Shown: positions 27,826 to 38,997 of the stretch, piece after piece | Numbering within the stretch: the stretch's first letter is position 1 | Layout: each line of letters opens with the position of its first letter | Assembly (NCBI GenBank): GCA_963781585.1 | Contig: CAWAGQ010000013.1 | Coordinates: 32,001 to 96,000 of the forward strand | DNA: 64,000 nucleotides | Direction of reading: 5' to 3' | From: an uncultured Gemmatimonadaceae bacterium | GTDB taxonomy: Bacteria; Gemmatimonadota; Gemmatimonadetes; Gemmatimonadales; Gemmatimonadaceae | Program-made: the position numbers and the translations under genes | The notes under the pieces: generated by a model | The model's database searches: none | What the model saw: only the letters and a program-made list of their open reading frames with translations | What the model was told of the DNA's origin: nothing

Positions 27826-28557
27826 TCAGAATCGGTGCAGCTGCGGCTGTCCGCTCACCGCCCGGCCGATCAGCGTCATCCCGGAGGCGCGGGCAATCTC
27901 CACCGCCACGGTCGACGGCACCGACGGCGTCGCGATCACCGCGATGTTCGCACGCGCGGCCTTGTACGCCAGCTCGCCCGAGATCCGTCCCGTTACCAGC
28001 AGCACCAGGTCGTCGGGCCGCTTCCCGTCCTGAATGGCCGCGCCCAGCACCTTGTCCACCGCGTTGTGCCGGCCGATGTCCTCCGCGTGATAGAGCAGCG
28101 ACTCGCCGTCGGTGAGCGCCGCGGCGTGCACCCCCCCCGTTTCCTTGTACCGCGACCCGCGACCGAACATCGCCTTGAACAAGCCCCGCAGCTGGGGTGT
28201 GTCGAGCCGGGGAATCGCACCGCTGCGCCGGGGGACCGCCGCCAGGCTTCCCAGGAATTGCGTGACCGAGCCGCATCCCGAGGCGAGCACCCGTCGCCGC
28301 CCCGATCGCTCCACCGCCGCGACGCGCTCCGCCTCGATGTCCACCCAGAAACCGAGCTCACGCGTGCATGGACGCATGCGCTGAATGTCACCCATGCCGT
28401 CGATGTATCCCTCGCCGAACAGCCACCCCACCACCAGCTCGTCAAGCTGGTCCGGCGTGCACATCCATGTGACCACCGGCGCCCCGTTCACTTCGAGCCA
28501 GACAGGGGTCTCCTCGACGGCATCGAGGGGTACTTCGGTGCGTGTTGCCTCACCCAT
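27826..28557 (-). CDS. fdhD: Formate dehydrogenase accessory sulfurtransferase
   Basis: MCTP, SGCG, TGGVHAAAL, EDIGRHNAVDK, TGRISGE. Confidence 0.9.
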   Translation of the reverse strand: MGEATRTEVPLDAVEETPVWLEVNGAPVVTWMCTPDQLDELVVGWLFGEGYIDGMGDIQRMRPCTRELGFWVDIEAERVAAVERSGRRRVLASGCGSVTQFLGSLAAVPRRSGAIPRLDTPQLRGLFKAMFGRGSRYKETGGVHAAALTDGESLLYHAEDIGRHNAVDKVLGAAIQDGKRPDDLVLLVTGRISGELAYKAARANIAVIATPSVPSTVAVEIARASGMTLIGRAVSGQPQLHRF

Positions 28558-28699
28558 GGTTCGTAATCTCGCGCGACGGCCGCGCGGCAGGAAGCATCGG
28601 CGCCGCCGGTGAATCCGGTTCGGTCTCCCGAACGAGGCACACCTGCCCATCGACGGCCGGCGTCGATCGCCGGCCCGCGGGCCGATGGCTCTCCCGGCG

Positions 28700-29122
28700 T
28701 CAGGCGCTCCGGACGGACACCCGCAGCGTGTCGTCCTCGGCGATCGTGACTTCGCTCACCACCACGCCGGCCCCAAGCGCGCCCTGCACGCGCTCGAAAA
28801 TGAACTGCGCGAGGTTCTCCCCCGTGGGCACCTGCCTGCCCTCGGCGAATTCCGGAACCTCGAGGTTGATGTTGCGGTGGTCGAAACGCTCGATCACCTC
28901 GCGGCGCAGGACGTCGTCGAGCACCCGCAGATCGACCATCATCCCCGTGACCGGATCCACGTTCCCTTCCACCGTCACCGCGCAGGTGTAGGTGTGCCCG
29001 TGAAAATGGGGGCGGGCGCACTGGCCGAAGACCTCCGTGTTGCGACGATCATCCCACTCCGGCCGCCGATACCGATGCGCCGCGGCGAAGCGGACGGTGC
29101 GGGTGAGAAACGCGGAAGGCAT
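28700..29122 (-). CDS. queD: 6-carboxytetrahydropterin synthase / PTPS family
   Basis: FAAAHR, FGQC...HGHTY, DPVTGM..D, FDHRNIN, PTGEN. Confidence 0.8.
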   Translation of the reverse strand: MPSAFLTRTVRFAAAHRYRRPEWDDRRNTEVFGQCARPHFHGHTYTCAVTVEGNVDPVTGMMVDLRVLDDVLRREVIERFDHRNINLEVPEFAEGRQVPTGENLAQFIFERVQGALGAGVVVSEVTIAEDDTLRVSVRSA

Positions 29123-29157
29123 GCGAGGCATGGCGGCGATCAGGCGCGTCCGCGGCG

Positions 29158-29853
29158 TTAGCGGCGGAACAGATACGATATCCCGATCTGATACGATACG
29201 TTGCGCCGCCACAACGAGCGCGGCTCGTCAGGCAGGCGAACGGGATCGTCCGTTCCGGTCTTGAGGTAGTAGGAGTCCGGGTAGTGGATCCGATAGATGT
29301 AGTTGGACCAGTCGAGCCTCGCCTGCCACCGGTTGCCCGACGGCACCCATTTCAGCCCCGTGCCGAACGTGAACGTCAGCGGAAGGCCGAACCGATACCC
29401 CGCGATGTCGTTCTTCCCCCGAAGGTCACCGACAAAGCCGATCCCGCCGCTCACGACCGGGGCCAGTGAATGCCAGGTCCGGAATCCCGTCAGATTGAGC
29501 GAGAGCGCCGCGTCAACGAAGGTCAGCGGCACGGTCTCCTCGCCCACGATGCGCTGGCCGATCGGCTTGGTGGGATCGAGGATCCGTCGCTTGAGCGCGG
29601 CTCCACCGACCCGCGTCGTCACGTATGCCGGGCCACCAAGGCGAACGTCCCACCGCGTGCCGAAGATCGGACCGCTGCGGGGCGCAATGCCCTCGGGATC
29701 CTTGCGCGCGTCGAAATAGCCGACGAACCAGGTCCACTCCTGCCGGTATTCCAGATCGCGATACGGACTGGTCGCGGGCGTGTGTCCCACCTGCCCGATC
29801 GCGCGGGGCGCAATGGCCACGCACAGTGTCACTGCCAGCCATCCCCTCACCAT
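29158..29853 (-). CDS. Hypothetical outer-membrane beta-barrel-like protein
   Basis: GAGGGAGG RBS, signal peptide, alternating aromatic strands, C-terminal GISYLF. Confidence 0.6.
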   Translation of the reverse strand: MVRGWLAVTLCVAIAPRAIGQVGHTPATSPYRDLEYRQEWTWFVGYFDARKDPEGIAPRSGPIFGTRWDVRLGGPAYVTTRVGGAALKRRILDPTKPIGQRIVGEETVPLTFVDAALSLNLTGFRTWHSLAPVVSGGIGFVGDLRGKNDIAGYRFGLPLTFTFGTGLKWVPSGNRWQARLDWSNYIYRIHYPDSYYLKTGTDDPVRLPDEPRSLWRRNVSYQIGISYLFRR

Positions 29854-29860
29854 GCCTCCC

Positions 29861-31408
29861 TCAATCCGGTGGGTCACGAAGGTCCCGCCCAGTCATCTCG
29901 TCAGGTCGGTCGATACCCAGCATCGCCAGCACCGTCGGCCCCACGTCGCGCAACGCACCGCCGGCGCGCAACGGTCGATCGCCGTCAGGGTCCACGACTA
30001 CCAGAGGCACCGGATTGGTGGTGTGCGCCGTGTGTGGTCCACCGGTCTCCGGATCGATCATCGTCTCGCAATTGCCGTGATCGGCGGTAACCAGCACCCG
30101 CACGCCCGCCCGCTCCGCCGAGCGCAGCACTCGGGACAGACACGCGTCCACCGTCTCGACCGCCCGGATCACCGCCGGGAGCACGCCGGTGTGCCCCACC
30201 ATGTCGCAGTTCGCATAGTTACACAGCGTGAAGTCGTATGATCCCCCGTCGATCGACTTGCACAGTACGTCGGTGACTTCGTTCGCCGACATCTCCGGCT
30301 GGAGATCGTAGGTCGCGACCTTCGGGCTGGGCACCAGCAATCGCTCTTCACCGGCGAATGGTACCTCGATGCCGCCGTTGAAGAAGTACGTGACGTGAGG
30401 ATACTTCTCCGTCTCCGCGGTCCGGAACATCGTCATTTGCGCGTCCGAAACGACTTCGGCCACGATCCGCGCCATCGAAAACGGCGGAAACGCAATCGGA
30501 AAGCTGAAGGTCGTGTCGTACGAGGTCATGGTCGCCAGCGTCACCCGCGGACGTCCACTCAGGTCGAAGCCACTGAAGTCGGGGTCCATCATCGCCCGGA
30601 CGATCTGACGCATCCGGTCCGACCGGAAATTGAAGCAGATCACGCCGTCGCCGTCGGTCATAGGGGCGAGCGGACGGCCGTCGGGACCGACCACGACCGC
30701 CGGCGTGATGAACTCATCGGTCTCTCCTCGTGCGTACGCCTGACGAATCGCCTCCACGGGATCGGGGACCGTTGGTCCCACTCCGCGAACCGCGGCATCG
30801 TACCAGCGCTGGATCCGCTCCCAACGCCGGTCGCGATCCATGCCGAAGTACCGCCCCCCGAGACTGGCGATTACCGCACGTCCCTGCGCGCGCGCCACCA
30901 GCTGCTGCATGAAGCCAAGGCCGGAGGTCGGCATGGTGTCGCGACCGTCGACCAAAGCGTGAATCGCGACCCGCCGAACACGCTGCTGCTCGGCCAGATC
31001 CAGCAGCGCGAACAGATGCCGGTCGAGCGCATGCACGCCGCCATTCCCGATCAGCCCCATGAGGTGCAGCGTGCGGTCCTGTTCCCGTACGTGTGCGCAG
31101 ACGTCGAGAAAGGCCCGCCGGGTGAAGAATGACCCGTCGGCTATCGCGTCGCTGATCCGGACGATGTCCTGCTCCACCACGCGGCCGGCGCCGAGGTTGA
31201 GATGTCCCACTTCGCTGTTGCCCATCTGCCCCTCTGGCAGTCCCACCGCCAGACCGGACGCGTCGAGAAGCGTGCCCGGACGGCTCTCCCGAAGTGCGGT
31301 CCAGGTCGGCGTCCGCGCCAGGGCGATCGCGTTCCCCTCCCGCTCTTCGCGATAGCCGAATCCATCCAGGACGACGAGCAGTACCGGGCGCGAAGGGCGG
31401 GAAGCCAT
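29861..31408 (-). CDS. gpmI: 2,3-BPG-independent phosphoglycerate mutase
   Basis: LDGFG, GQMGNSEVGH, MDRD.RW, AETEKYPHVT, TADHGN. Confidence 0.96.
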   Translation of the reverse strand: MASRPSRPVLLVVLDGFGYREEREGNAIALARTPTWTALRESRPGTLLDASGLAVGLPEGQMGNSEVGHLNLGAGRVVEQDIVRISDAIADGSFFTRRAFLDVCAHVREQDRTLHLMGLIGNGGVHALDRHLFALLDLAEQQRVRRVAIHALVDGRDTMPTSGLGFMQQLVARAQGRAVIASLGGRYFGMDRDRRWERIQRWYDAAVRGVGPTVPDPVEAIRQAYARGETDEFITPAVVVGPDGRPLAPMTDGDGVICFNFRSDRMRQIVRAMMDPDFSGFDLSGRPRVTLATMTSYDTTFSFPIAFPPFSMARIVAEVVSDAQMTMFRTAETEKYPHVTYFFNGGIEVPFAGEERLLVPSPKVATYDLQPEMSANEVTDVLCKSIDGGSYDFTLCNYANCDMVGHTGVLPAVIRAVETVDACLSRVLRSAERAGVRVLVTADHGNCETMIDPETGGPHTAHTTNPVPLVVVDPDGDRPLRAGGALRDVGPTVLAMLGIDRPDEMTGRDLRDPPD

Positions 31409-31466
31409 CCTTGGTGTGGAAGCGGACCAGACGATAAACTGAGAGGCGGGGACGCCGGTGGAATGT

Positions 31467-32180
31467 ATGCACGCACCAGGAACCGCTCCAGCAACGAAGG
31501 CGAAGTGGCGCATGTTGCGCCGCAATCATCCCAGGATGGTGGCGGCGCTGATGATCATGATTGGCGGCGCGCTGCTGGCAAACGTTGCGCTGGGATCGCA
31601 GCTCCTCCGTTACCGTGGTGAGGTGAGGCGTCTCCGCGCGGGCATGAGCGACGCCGAGCGGCGTCGCGCCGACCTCGTGCTGTCCTCCGAGCAGCATCGC
31701 ATGCGCGTGATGCTCGAACTGGTGCGGCGCCAGGCGCGTGGTGATCGGGACCTGCACCTTGCGGTGGCGGTCGACAGCGGCCGGATGTACCTCGAGCGCG
31801 AGGGCGTGGTGCTGCGGACCATGACGGTCCGCATCGGCCCCGAGCGACTGGTCGGAACTGCTCCTGACACGCTGCGTCTGGTCGCGCCCAGGGGCGCGCG
31901 CACCGTGGCGCGCATTCTTTCTGCGCGCGACGCCTGGGACGTGCCGCCCTGGGTGTTCCAGGAGCGCGGGCTTCCGGTGCCGGACGACCGGCAGCTGAGT
32001 GGGGCCCTGGGCGAGGCCGGCGTGCTGCTCACCGGAGGAACGCTGCTGTACGCCACGCCGGTCGCGGGGCCGCTCGCCGACTCGTCGTACGTCCTTCCGG
32101 GCGCGGTGCTCGTCGACCGCGCCGACCTGGCCGCCATCGCGCCCAACGTGGTGCCGGGCCTGTCCGTGTATTTCTACTAG
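31467..32180 (+). CDS. YkuD/L,D-transpeptidase-like protein lacking catalytic His/Cys
   Basis: TM segment and coiled coil, then W.VPPW and a C-terminus colinear with the downstream LDT but with LYAT...VLPGAV in place of LHGT...SHGC. Confidence 0.6.
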   Translation: MHAPGTAPATKAKWRMLRRNHPRMVAALMIMIGGALLANVALGSQLLRYRGEVRRLRAGMSDAERRRADLVLSSEQHRMRVMLELVRRQARGDRDLHLAVAVDSGRMYLEREGVVLRTMTVRIGPERLVGTAPDTLRLVAPRGARTVARILSARDAWDVPPWVFQERGLPVPDDRQLSGALGEAGVLLTGGTLLYATPVAGPLADSSYVLPGAVLVDRADLAAIAPNVVPGLSVYFY

Positions 32181-32193
32181 CGGACGCGGCGCC

Positions 32194-33051
32194 ATGGACT
32201 CGGTCGTTCGCTTCTATCGCTCGGGCGGGGCGCTCGCGTGGGCGTTGACGGCGATCGCCGTTCTGGGGTGCGCCGGCACCCTGTGGATGACGACCACCAC
32301 CGCAAACGTCCGCTTTGCGCGCGACGTTACGCGGATGGTCTTCAACGACAACCTCGAGCTGCTCGCTGACGTGCGGCGTCGGGTGGGCACCGCCACCGAC
32401 TCGCTCGATGATCTGATCGCGTCTCCGGGTGACACCGCCGTCGAGCGAGGCTCGATCGTGGTCAGCATCGCCGACCATCGCCTCTGGTACCGGGTGGGCG
32501 ATCAGCTCGTGTTCGAAACCCGGGTCGCCACCGGCAGCGGAAAGGTGCTGGCACAGGGCAGCACGAGCCACTGGAAGTTCGAGACGCCGCGCGGGCGCCT
32601 GGTGGTGCAGAACAAGGAGGCCGATCCCACCTGGGTGCCGCCCGACTGGCACTACGTCGAGGTGGCGAGGAAACAGCACCTTCGCCTAACGAAATTGATC
32701 CGCGGCAAGTCCATCGACGTGGGCGACGGCAGCGTCATCACCGTGTCGGGCAACAACGTGGTCCGGCGTTTCCCCGACGGGCACGAAGAGCCGTACGAGG
32801 TGAGTGAGGGGAAGGAGATCACGGTGAAGGGGATGCTCATCGTCCCGCCGTTCGGCACCAATCAGCGCCGGTATGAAGGGGTGGTGGGCACCGAGCGCCT
32901 GAACCTCGGGGATGGATACGGACTGCATGGCACCGATGTGCCGTCGTCGATCGGACAATCGGTGAGCCACGGCTGCGTGCGATTGCGCAACGAGGACATC
33001 GAAACGCTGTTCCGCATCGTTCCCATTGGTACTCCGGTGTACATCTACTGA
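32194..33051 (+). CDS. L,D-transpeptidase (YkuD/ErfK)
   Basis: PTWVPP, YGLHGT...SHGCVRL..EDI. Confidence 0.9.
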   Translation: MDSVVRFYRSGGALAWALTAIAVLGCAGTLWMTTTTANVRFARDVTRMVFNDNLELLADVRRRVGTATDSLDDLIASPGDTAVERGSIVVSIADHRLWYRVGDQLVFETRVATGSGKVLAQGSTSHWKFETPRGRLVVQNKEADPTWVPPDWHYVEVARKQHLRLTKLIRGKSIDVGDGSVITVSGNNVVRRFPDGHEEPYEVSEGKEITVKGMLIVPPFGTNQRRYEGVVGTERLNLGDGYGLHGTDVPSSIGQSVSHGCVRLRNEDIETLFRIVPIGTPVYIY

Positions 33052-33227
33052 CGTCGATGGCCCCGGGGCCGAGGGGTGGACCGGAGCGCGTCGAAGTGGC
33101 ATCTTTCTCTCCCCGTGCGTGCTCGGGCTCACGTTGCGAGTGCGTGCTCCCTCTCAAAACCCGCGATGGCGTGACCTCCACGGCCCCACACCGGTCGTGG
33201 CTGGGACATTCGGTATCAGAGGGGATA

Positions 33228-34169
33228 ATGAGACCGAGCAGCAGCCGAAGGACCACTATCGCGTTTGGTGTCGCCGCCGCGTTCGTGTGCGCGACGGCGT
33301 TCATGCGTGCGCCGGACGCCGGCGCGAACGTGTCCGTGCGTCCGTCGCCGGAATCGACCACCACGATGCCGTTCGGCGCGGACACGCTCGCGGGGCGCAG
33401 CGGCAAGCTCCTCATGCGGCTGATCGATCGGGAAGGGGATGGCGGACTGGCCATCCTGCGGCGCCTGTTCGGCGACACCGCGACCACCCGACCCGGCATT
33501 TACGTCGCCTTCGACAGTGCGACGCGACGGCCGTTCAGTTTTGTCACGCTCGTCCCGTTCGCCGAGAAGGTCAAGGGAACCATCGGGGCATACCGGATGG
33601 GGTTCTGGCCGGGCGAACGCCGCGCGACGCGCTCCGATGCGTACCAGAATCCGGAGGGCTTCGTCCAGGTGACGCCCGAGAACGAAGACACGCCGGTGTC
33701 GGAACACTTCCGGTTGCGCGACTTCCTCACCCACGATCAGGCGGCGGTGTGGCCGAAGTACGTCGTGCTGAGCGAGACGCTCGTCGACAAGCTCGAGCTC
33801 GCCATGGCTGAGCTCCAGCGGCGGGGGATCCGCGCCGAGCACTTGGCCGTCCTGTCGGGCTTCCGTTCGCCGCAGTACAATGCCCGCGGGGTGAAGAGGG
33901 GTGGTCGCGCCGCTGACAGCCGGCACCAGTACGGCGATGCGGCCGATGTGTTCGTGGACAGCAACGGTGACGGGCGCATGGACGATCTCAACCACGATGG
34001 CCGCGTGAACAGCCGGGACGCGCGGGTCCTGGAGCAGGTGTTCGAAGCCGTGGAACGGGAGTACCCCGATCTCGCGGGCGGTCTGGCGGTGTACGCCGCC
34101 ACCAGGGCGCACGGGCCGTTCGTACACGTCGATACCCGCGGCGTCCCTGCCCGCTGGGGTCTCCGCTAG
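33228..34169 (+). CDS. Peptidase M15 (YcbK/MepK-like) zinc peptidase
   Basis: LSGFRSPQYN, SRHQYGDAAD, FVHVDTRG. Confidence 0.8.
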   Translation: MRPSSSRRTTIAFGVAAAFVCATAFMRAPDAGANVSVRPSPESTTTMPFGADTLAGRSGKLLMRLIDREGDGGLAILRRLFGDTATTRPGIYVAFDSATRRPFSFVTLVPFAEKVKGTIGAYRMGFWPGERRATRSDAYQNPEGFVQVTPENEDTPVSEHFRLRDFLTHDQAAVWPKYVVLSETLVDKLELAMAELQRRGIRAEHLAVLSGFRSPQYNARGVKRGGRAADSRHQYGDAADVFVDSNGDGRMDDLNHDGRVNSRDARVLEQVFEAVEREYPDLAGGLAVYAATRAHGPFVHVDTRGVPARWGLR

Positions 34170-35263
34170 TGCCCTTCCAGGCTCCCGGGCCTTCAGGCTC
34201 CGGGCAGGACGCCGGCGGAGCCGGTTCGGACCGCGGCACCGGCGCGCCTGACGCGCCACAGCCCGTTAGGCAGGATGGATCCCGCGTCGGACGCACGGTG
34301 CGGCACGTCCGGCTCGCCCTCGCCTGCTCCCTCGCCGTCGGATACATCGCATTCCTGCGCCCCGCCGAAGGCCTCGAGAGCACCGCCGCGCGCCTGCGCG
34401 CGGGTCCGCTGGCTCGCCCCGCAGCCGAAGCCTTCGGCCGCAGCGGCCACGTGCGGATGCGATTCGCGTTGCCCGGGACGCTGCTGGACTACCCTCTCGA
34501 GGTGGCCACCCGGGTTGATTCCGTCCGGTACGACTGGATCCCCCTCAACGGCGTCAGTGCGCTCGAGCAACCGCGCGCTCTCGCCAACGGCCTCGTGGCC
34601 CCGGACCAGCCTGGTTTCTACCACCTCGAGCTCCGCACCAACGGTATCCACCGCATGGTGGATGGGGTGTCGCTGTCCGTGCTGGTTCCGTTCGCGGAAA
34701 AGAACGGCGCGTCGCTCAACGGATACCGGATCGGCTACTACCGCGGTGAACGGTCGACTCGCCCGACCGCTGACATGCCGGCGGGCTTCGTCCAGATCGA
34801 CACGTGCGACCTGGACCTCCAGGTCTCTGATCACTTGCGTCTCGCCGATTTCGTCAGCCGCGACGCCCAGTCCACCTGGCCCCGCTACGCTGCGGTCGAT
34901 CCGCGCATTCTCGACAAGGTCGAGCTCGTGCTCGATGAAATCGAGAGCTGGTACGGTGGGGCACGTCGGGCGAGCGTGGCGTTCGACGTGCACTCGGGGT
35001 TCCGCACCCCGCTGCACAACCGGCAGGTGGCGCGCGCCGCGCGCGACAGCCGGCACCAGTTCGGCGACGCGCTCGACCTCGCGGTGGACGCCAACCGCGA
35101 CGGACGGGTGAGCGCAGCCGACACGAAACTGGTCGCCCTGGCGGTGGAAATCGTCGAGCGTGCGCATCCCGATCTGGTGGGCGGCATGGGCATCTACACG
35201 CACAGCGGTCCGGCATACGTGCATATCGACACCCGCGGCCAGCGCGTTCGCTGGCGGGGTTGA
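34169..35263 (+). CDS. Second peptidase M15 paralog
   Basis: HSGFRTPLHN, SRHQFGDALD, YVHIDTRG. Start uncertain. Confidence 0.8.
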   Translation: MPFQAPGPSGSGQDAGGAGSDRGTGAPDAPQPVRQDGSRVGRTVRHVRLALACSLAVGYIAFLRPAEGLESTAARLRAGPLARPAAEAFGRSGHVRMRFALPGTLLDYPLEVATRVDSVRYDWIPLNGVSALEQPRALANGLVAPDQPGFYHLELRTNGIHRMVDGVSLSVLVPFAEKNGASLNGYRIGYYRGERSTRPTADMPAGFVQIDTCDLDLQVSDHLRLADFVSRDAQSTWPRYAAVDPRILDKVELVLDEIESWYGGARRASVAFDVHSGFRTPLHNRQVARAARDSRHQFGDALDLAVDANRDGRVSAADTKLVALAVEIVERAHPDLVGGMGIYTHSGPAYVHIDTRGQRVRWRG

Positions 35264-35269
35264 GCTGCC

Positions 35270-35722
35270 ATGCACCCGACGCTCCGCGACCGAATCGTGC
35301 GCCATCTGGAGCCGCTTCCCGACGAGCGCGCGTATCAGGTGCTCGACTATATCGAGTTTCTCGAGAAGAAGTACGGGACCGCGGACGCGTCGTCGGCGAA
35401 CCTGTTTCAGCGCTTCACCGAGGGCGTGGAAGACACCCTCCGCGCGGGGAAGGTCTCGGCCACCGCAATCGGTGAAACGATGGGCCTCCTCAGCAAGGCA
35501 ATGGGCGTGCTGAGCGGCGTTGCGGCGGCGGGGAAGTCCGTCGCTTCCGACATCGTCGACGTGGCCTCCCGCACCGTGAGCGGCGCGACCTCCTCCGGTA
35601 ACGCCGATCCGCGCGGCCGCGTCACAGGTCCCGACGGGTCCGGGCCCGCTCCGCCGCCCCCTGGTCCCGCACCGGGACAACCAGACCCTCCCGTCCCGCC
35701 CACGACCGGATCGAGCAGGTAG
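35270..35722 (+). CDS. DUF2281-like hypothetical protein with Pro-rich tail
   Basis: LEPLPDERAYQVLDYIEFLEKKY resembles DUF2281. Confidence 0.55.
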   Translation: MHPTLRDRIVRHLEPLPDERAYQVLDYIEFLEKKYGTADASSANLFQRFTEGVEDTLRAGKVSATAIGETMGLLSKAMGVLSGVAAAGKSVASDIVDVASRTVSGATSSGNADPRGRVTGPDGSGPAPPPPGPAPGQPDPPVPPTTGSSR

Positions 35723-35743
35723 GGAGTCGCTCCCACGTCTTGA

Positions 35744-37321
<1,578 letters not shown>

Positions 37322-37400
37322 CGCGGTCGGCAGTCTCCGCTGGCCGTCCGCGACGGCGTGCCGGACGCCCTCACCAGTGCGCGAAGAAAGCCTCCCGTGC

Positions 37401-37430
37401 TTGACGCGCCTTGTTCCGGGCCGATACTCT
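37401..37430 (+). promoter_or_regulatory. Candidate sigma70 promoter of the permease
   Basis: TTGACG-N18-TACTCT (or N16-GATACT). Confidence 0.45.
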
Positions 37431-37475
37431 AGCGGCCGCTTCTCCGGCGTCTGACCCCACATCCCTGAGGTGCGC

Positions 37476-38912
37476 ATGGACCTGTTCCGGCGAAAGAGCG
37501 TCACCGACCTGCAGGCCGAGGCGGAGCATGATCACAGCCTGAAGCGCGCGCTCGGTGCGCTCAACCTCACGCTGCTGGGAATCGGGGCCATCATCGGCAC
37601 CGGCATCTTCGTGCTCACGGGAACGGTCGCCGCGCTGAATGCCGGGCCCGCCGTCGTCCTGTCATTCGTGCTCGCGGGCGTCGCGTCGATCTTCGCTGCC
37701 CTGTGCTACTCTGAGTTCGCCTCCCTCGTCCCCATGGCCGGAAGCGCGTACACCTACGGCTACGCCACGCTGGGCGAACTCATCGCGTGGATCATCGGCT
37801 GGGACCTGATTCTCGAGTATGCCCTGGGCGCGGTCACGGTGGCCATTGGCTGGTCGGGCTACGTCGTCTCCTTTCTCAAGGACATCGGCATCACGGTGCC
37901 CCCGGCGATGTCCGCGGCACGCGGAACCCAGGTGATGCTCGCCGACGGGTCGAGCGTGACGGCGATCTTCAACCTGCCGGCGGTACTCATCATCGCAATC
38001 GTCACCACCCTGCTGGTCATCGGGATCAAGGAGTCGGCGAACGTCAACAACGTCATCGTCTTCCTGAAAGTCGGTGTGGTCCTGGTCTTCATCTTCGGTG
38101 CGTTCCGCGCGATCAACCCGGCCAATTGGCATCCGTTCATTCCGCCAAGCACCGGAACGTCCGGCGAATTCGGCTGGTCCGGAGTGATGACCGGTGCCGG
38201 CATCGTCTTCTTCGCGTACATAGGATTCGATGCCGTGTCGACTGCGGCACAGGAGGCCAAGAACCCGCAACGGGACATGCCAATCGGCATCATCGGGTCG
38301 CTGCTGATATGCACCGTCCTGTACATCATCGTGTCGGCCATCGCTACAGGGGTCATGCCGTACGGCGAGCTCAACGTCCCGGATCCGATCGCCGTCGTGG
38401 CCGACCGCGCCGGCCTCGGTTGGATTTCGTCGTTCATCAAGCTGGGCGCGATCGCCGGCCTGTCGTCGGTGATTCTCGTGATGCTGCTGGGGCAGTCGCG
38501 CGTCTTCTGGACCATGTCGAAGGACGGTCTGCTGCCGCGGTTCGTCAGCCACATCCATCCGAAGTTCCAGACGCCGTGGATCACATCCATCGTGACCGGC
38601 GTCGCGGTGGCATTCGTGTCGTCGCTGCTTACGGTGCGTGAAGCCGGCAGCCTCGTCTCGATCGGCACGCTGCTGGCCTTCGTGATCGTGTCGGCCGGCA
38701 TACTCGTGCTGCGCGTGCGCGAGCCCAACTTGCCGCGCACTTTCAAGACGCCAGCCGTGTTCGTGGTCGCCCCGCTCGGCGCCATCTCGGCGCTCTACCT
38801 CATGGCCTCGCTGCCGTGGCGCACGTGGGAGCGTCTGATCATCTGGTTCGTGATAGGCATGTTCATCTATTTCCTGTACGGCGCGCGCAATTCCCGATTG
38901 GCCAAACGCTGA
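37476..38912 (+). CDS. APC-family amino acid permease (CAT/YfnA-like)
   Basis: GAIIGTGIF, AGSAYTY, FFAYIGFDAV, about 12 TM helices. Confidence 0.93.
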   Translation: MDLFRRKSVTDLQAEAEHDHSLKRALGALNLTLLGIGAIIGTGIFVLTGTVAALNAGPAVVLSFVLAGVASIFAALCYSEFASLVPMAGSAYTYGYATLGELIAWIIGWDLILEYALGAVTVAIGWSGYVVSFLKDIGITVPPAMSAARGTQVMLADGSSVTAIFNLPAVLIIAIVTTLLVIGIKESANVNNVIVFLKVGVVLVFIFGAFRAINPANWHPFIPPSTGTSGEFGWSGVMTGAGIVFFAYIGFDAVSTAAQEAKNPQRDMPIGIIGSLLICTVLYIIVSAIATGVMPYGELNVPDPIAVVADRAGLGWISSFIKLGAIAGLSSVILVMLLGQSRVFWTMSKDGLLPRFVSHIHPKFQTPWITSIVTGVAVAFVSSLLTVREAGSLVSIGTLLAFVIVSAGILVLRVREPNLPRTFKTPAVFVVAPLGAISALYLMASLPWRTWERLIIWFVIGMFIYFLYGARNSRLAKR

Positions 38913-38950
38913 CCGAACGCCCCGAGGGGAGACGCGGGTGGTTACCTTTC

Positions 38951-38985
38951 AGCGGCGCTCCTTCGGGGGCGCCGCTTTCGCTTTC
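38951..38985 (+). terminator. Hairpin with cUUCGg loop followed by a T-rich run
   Basis: AGCGGCGCTCC-TTCG-GGGGCGCCGCT then TTCGCTTT. It could instead be a 5' UTR structure of the next gene. Confidence 0.55.
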
Positions 38986-38997
38986 CCCAGGGAGCAC

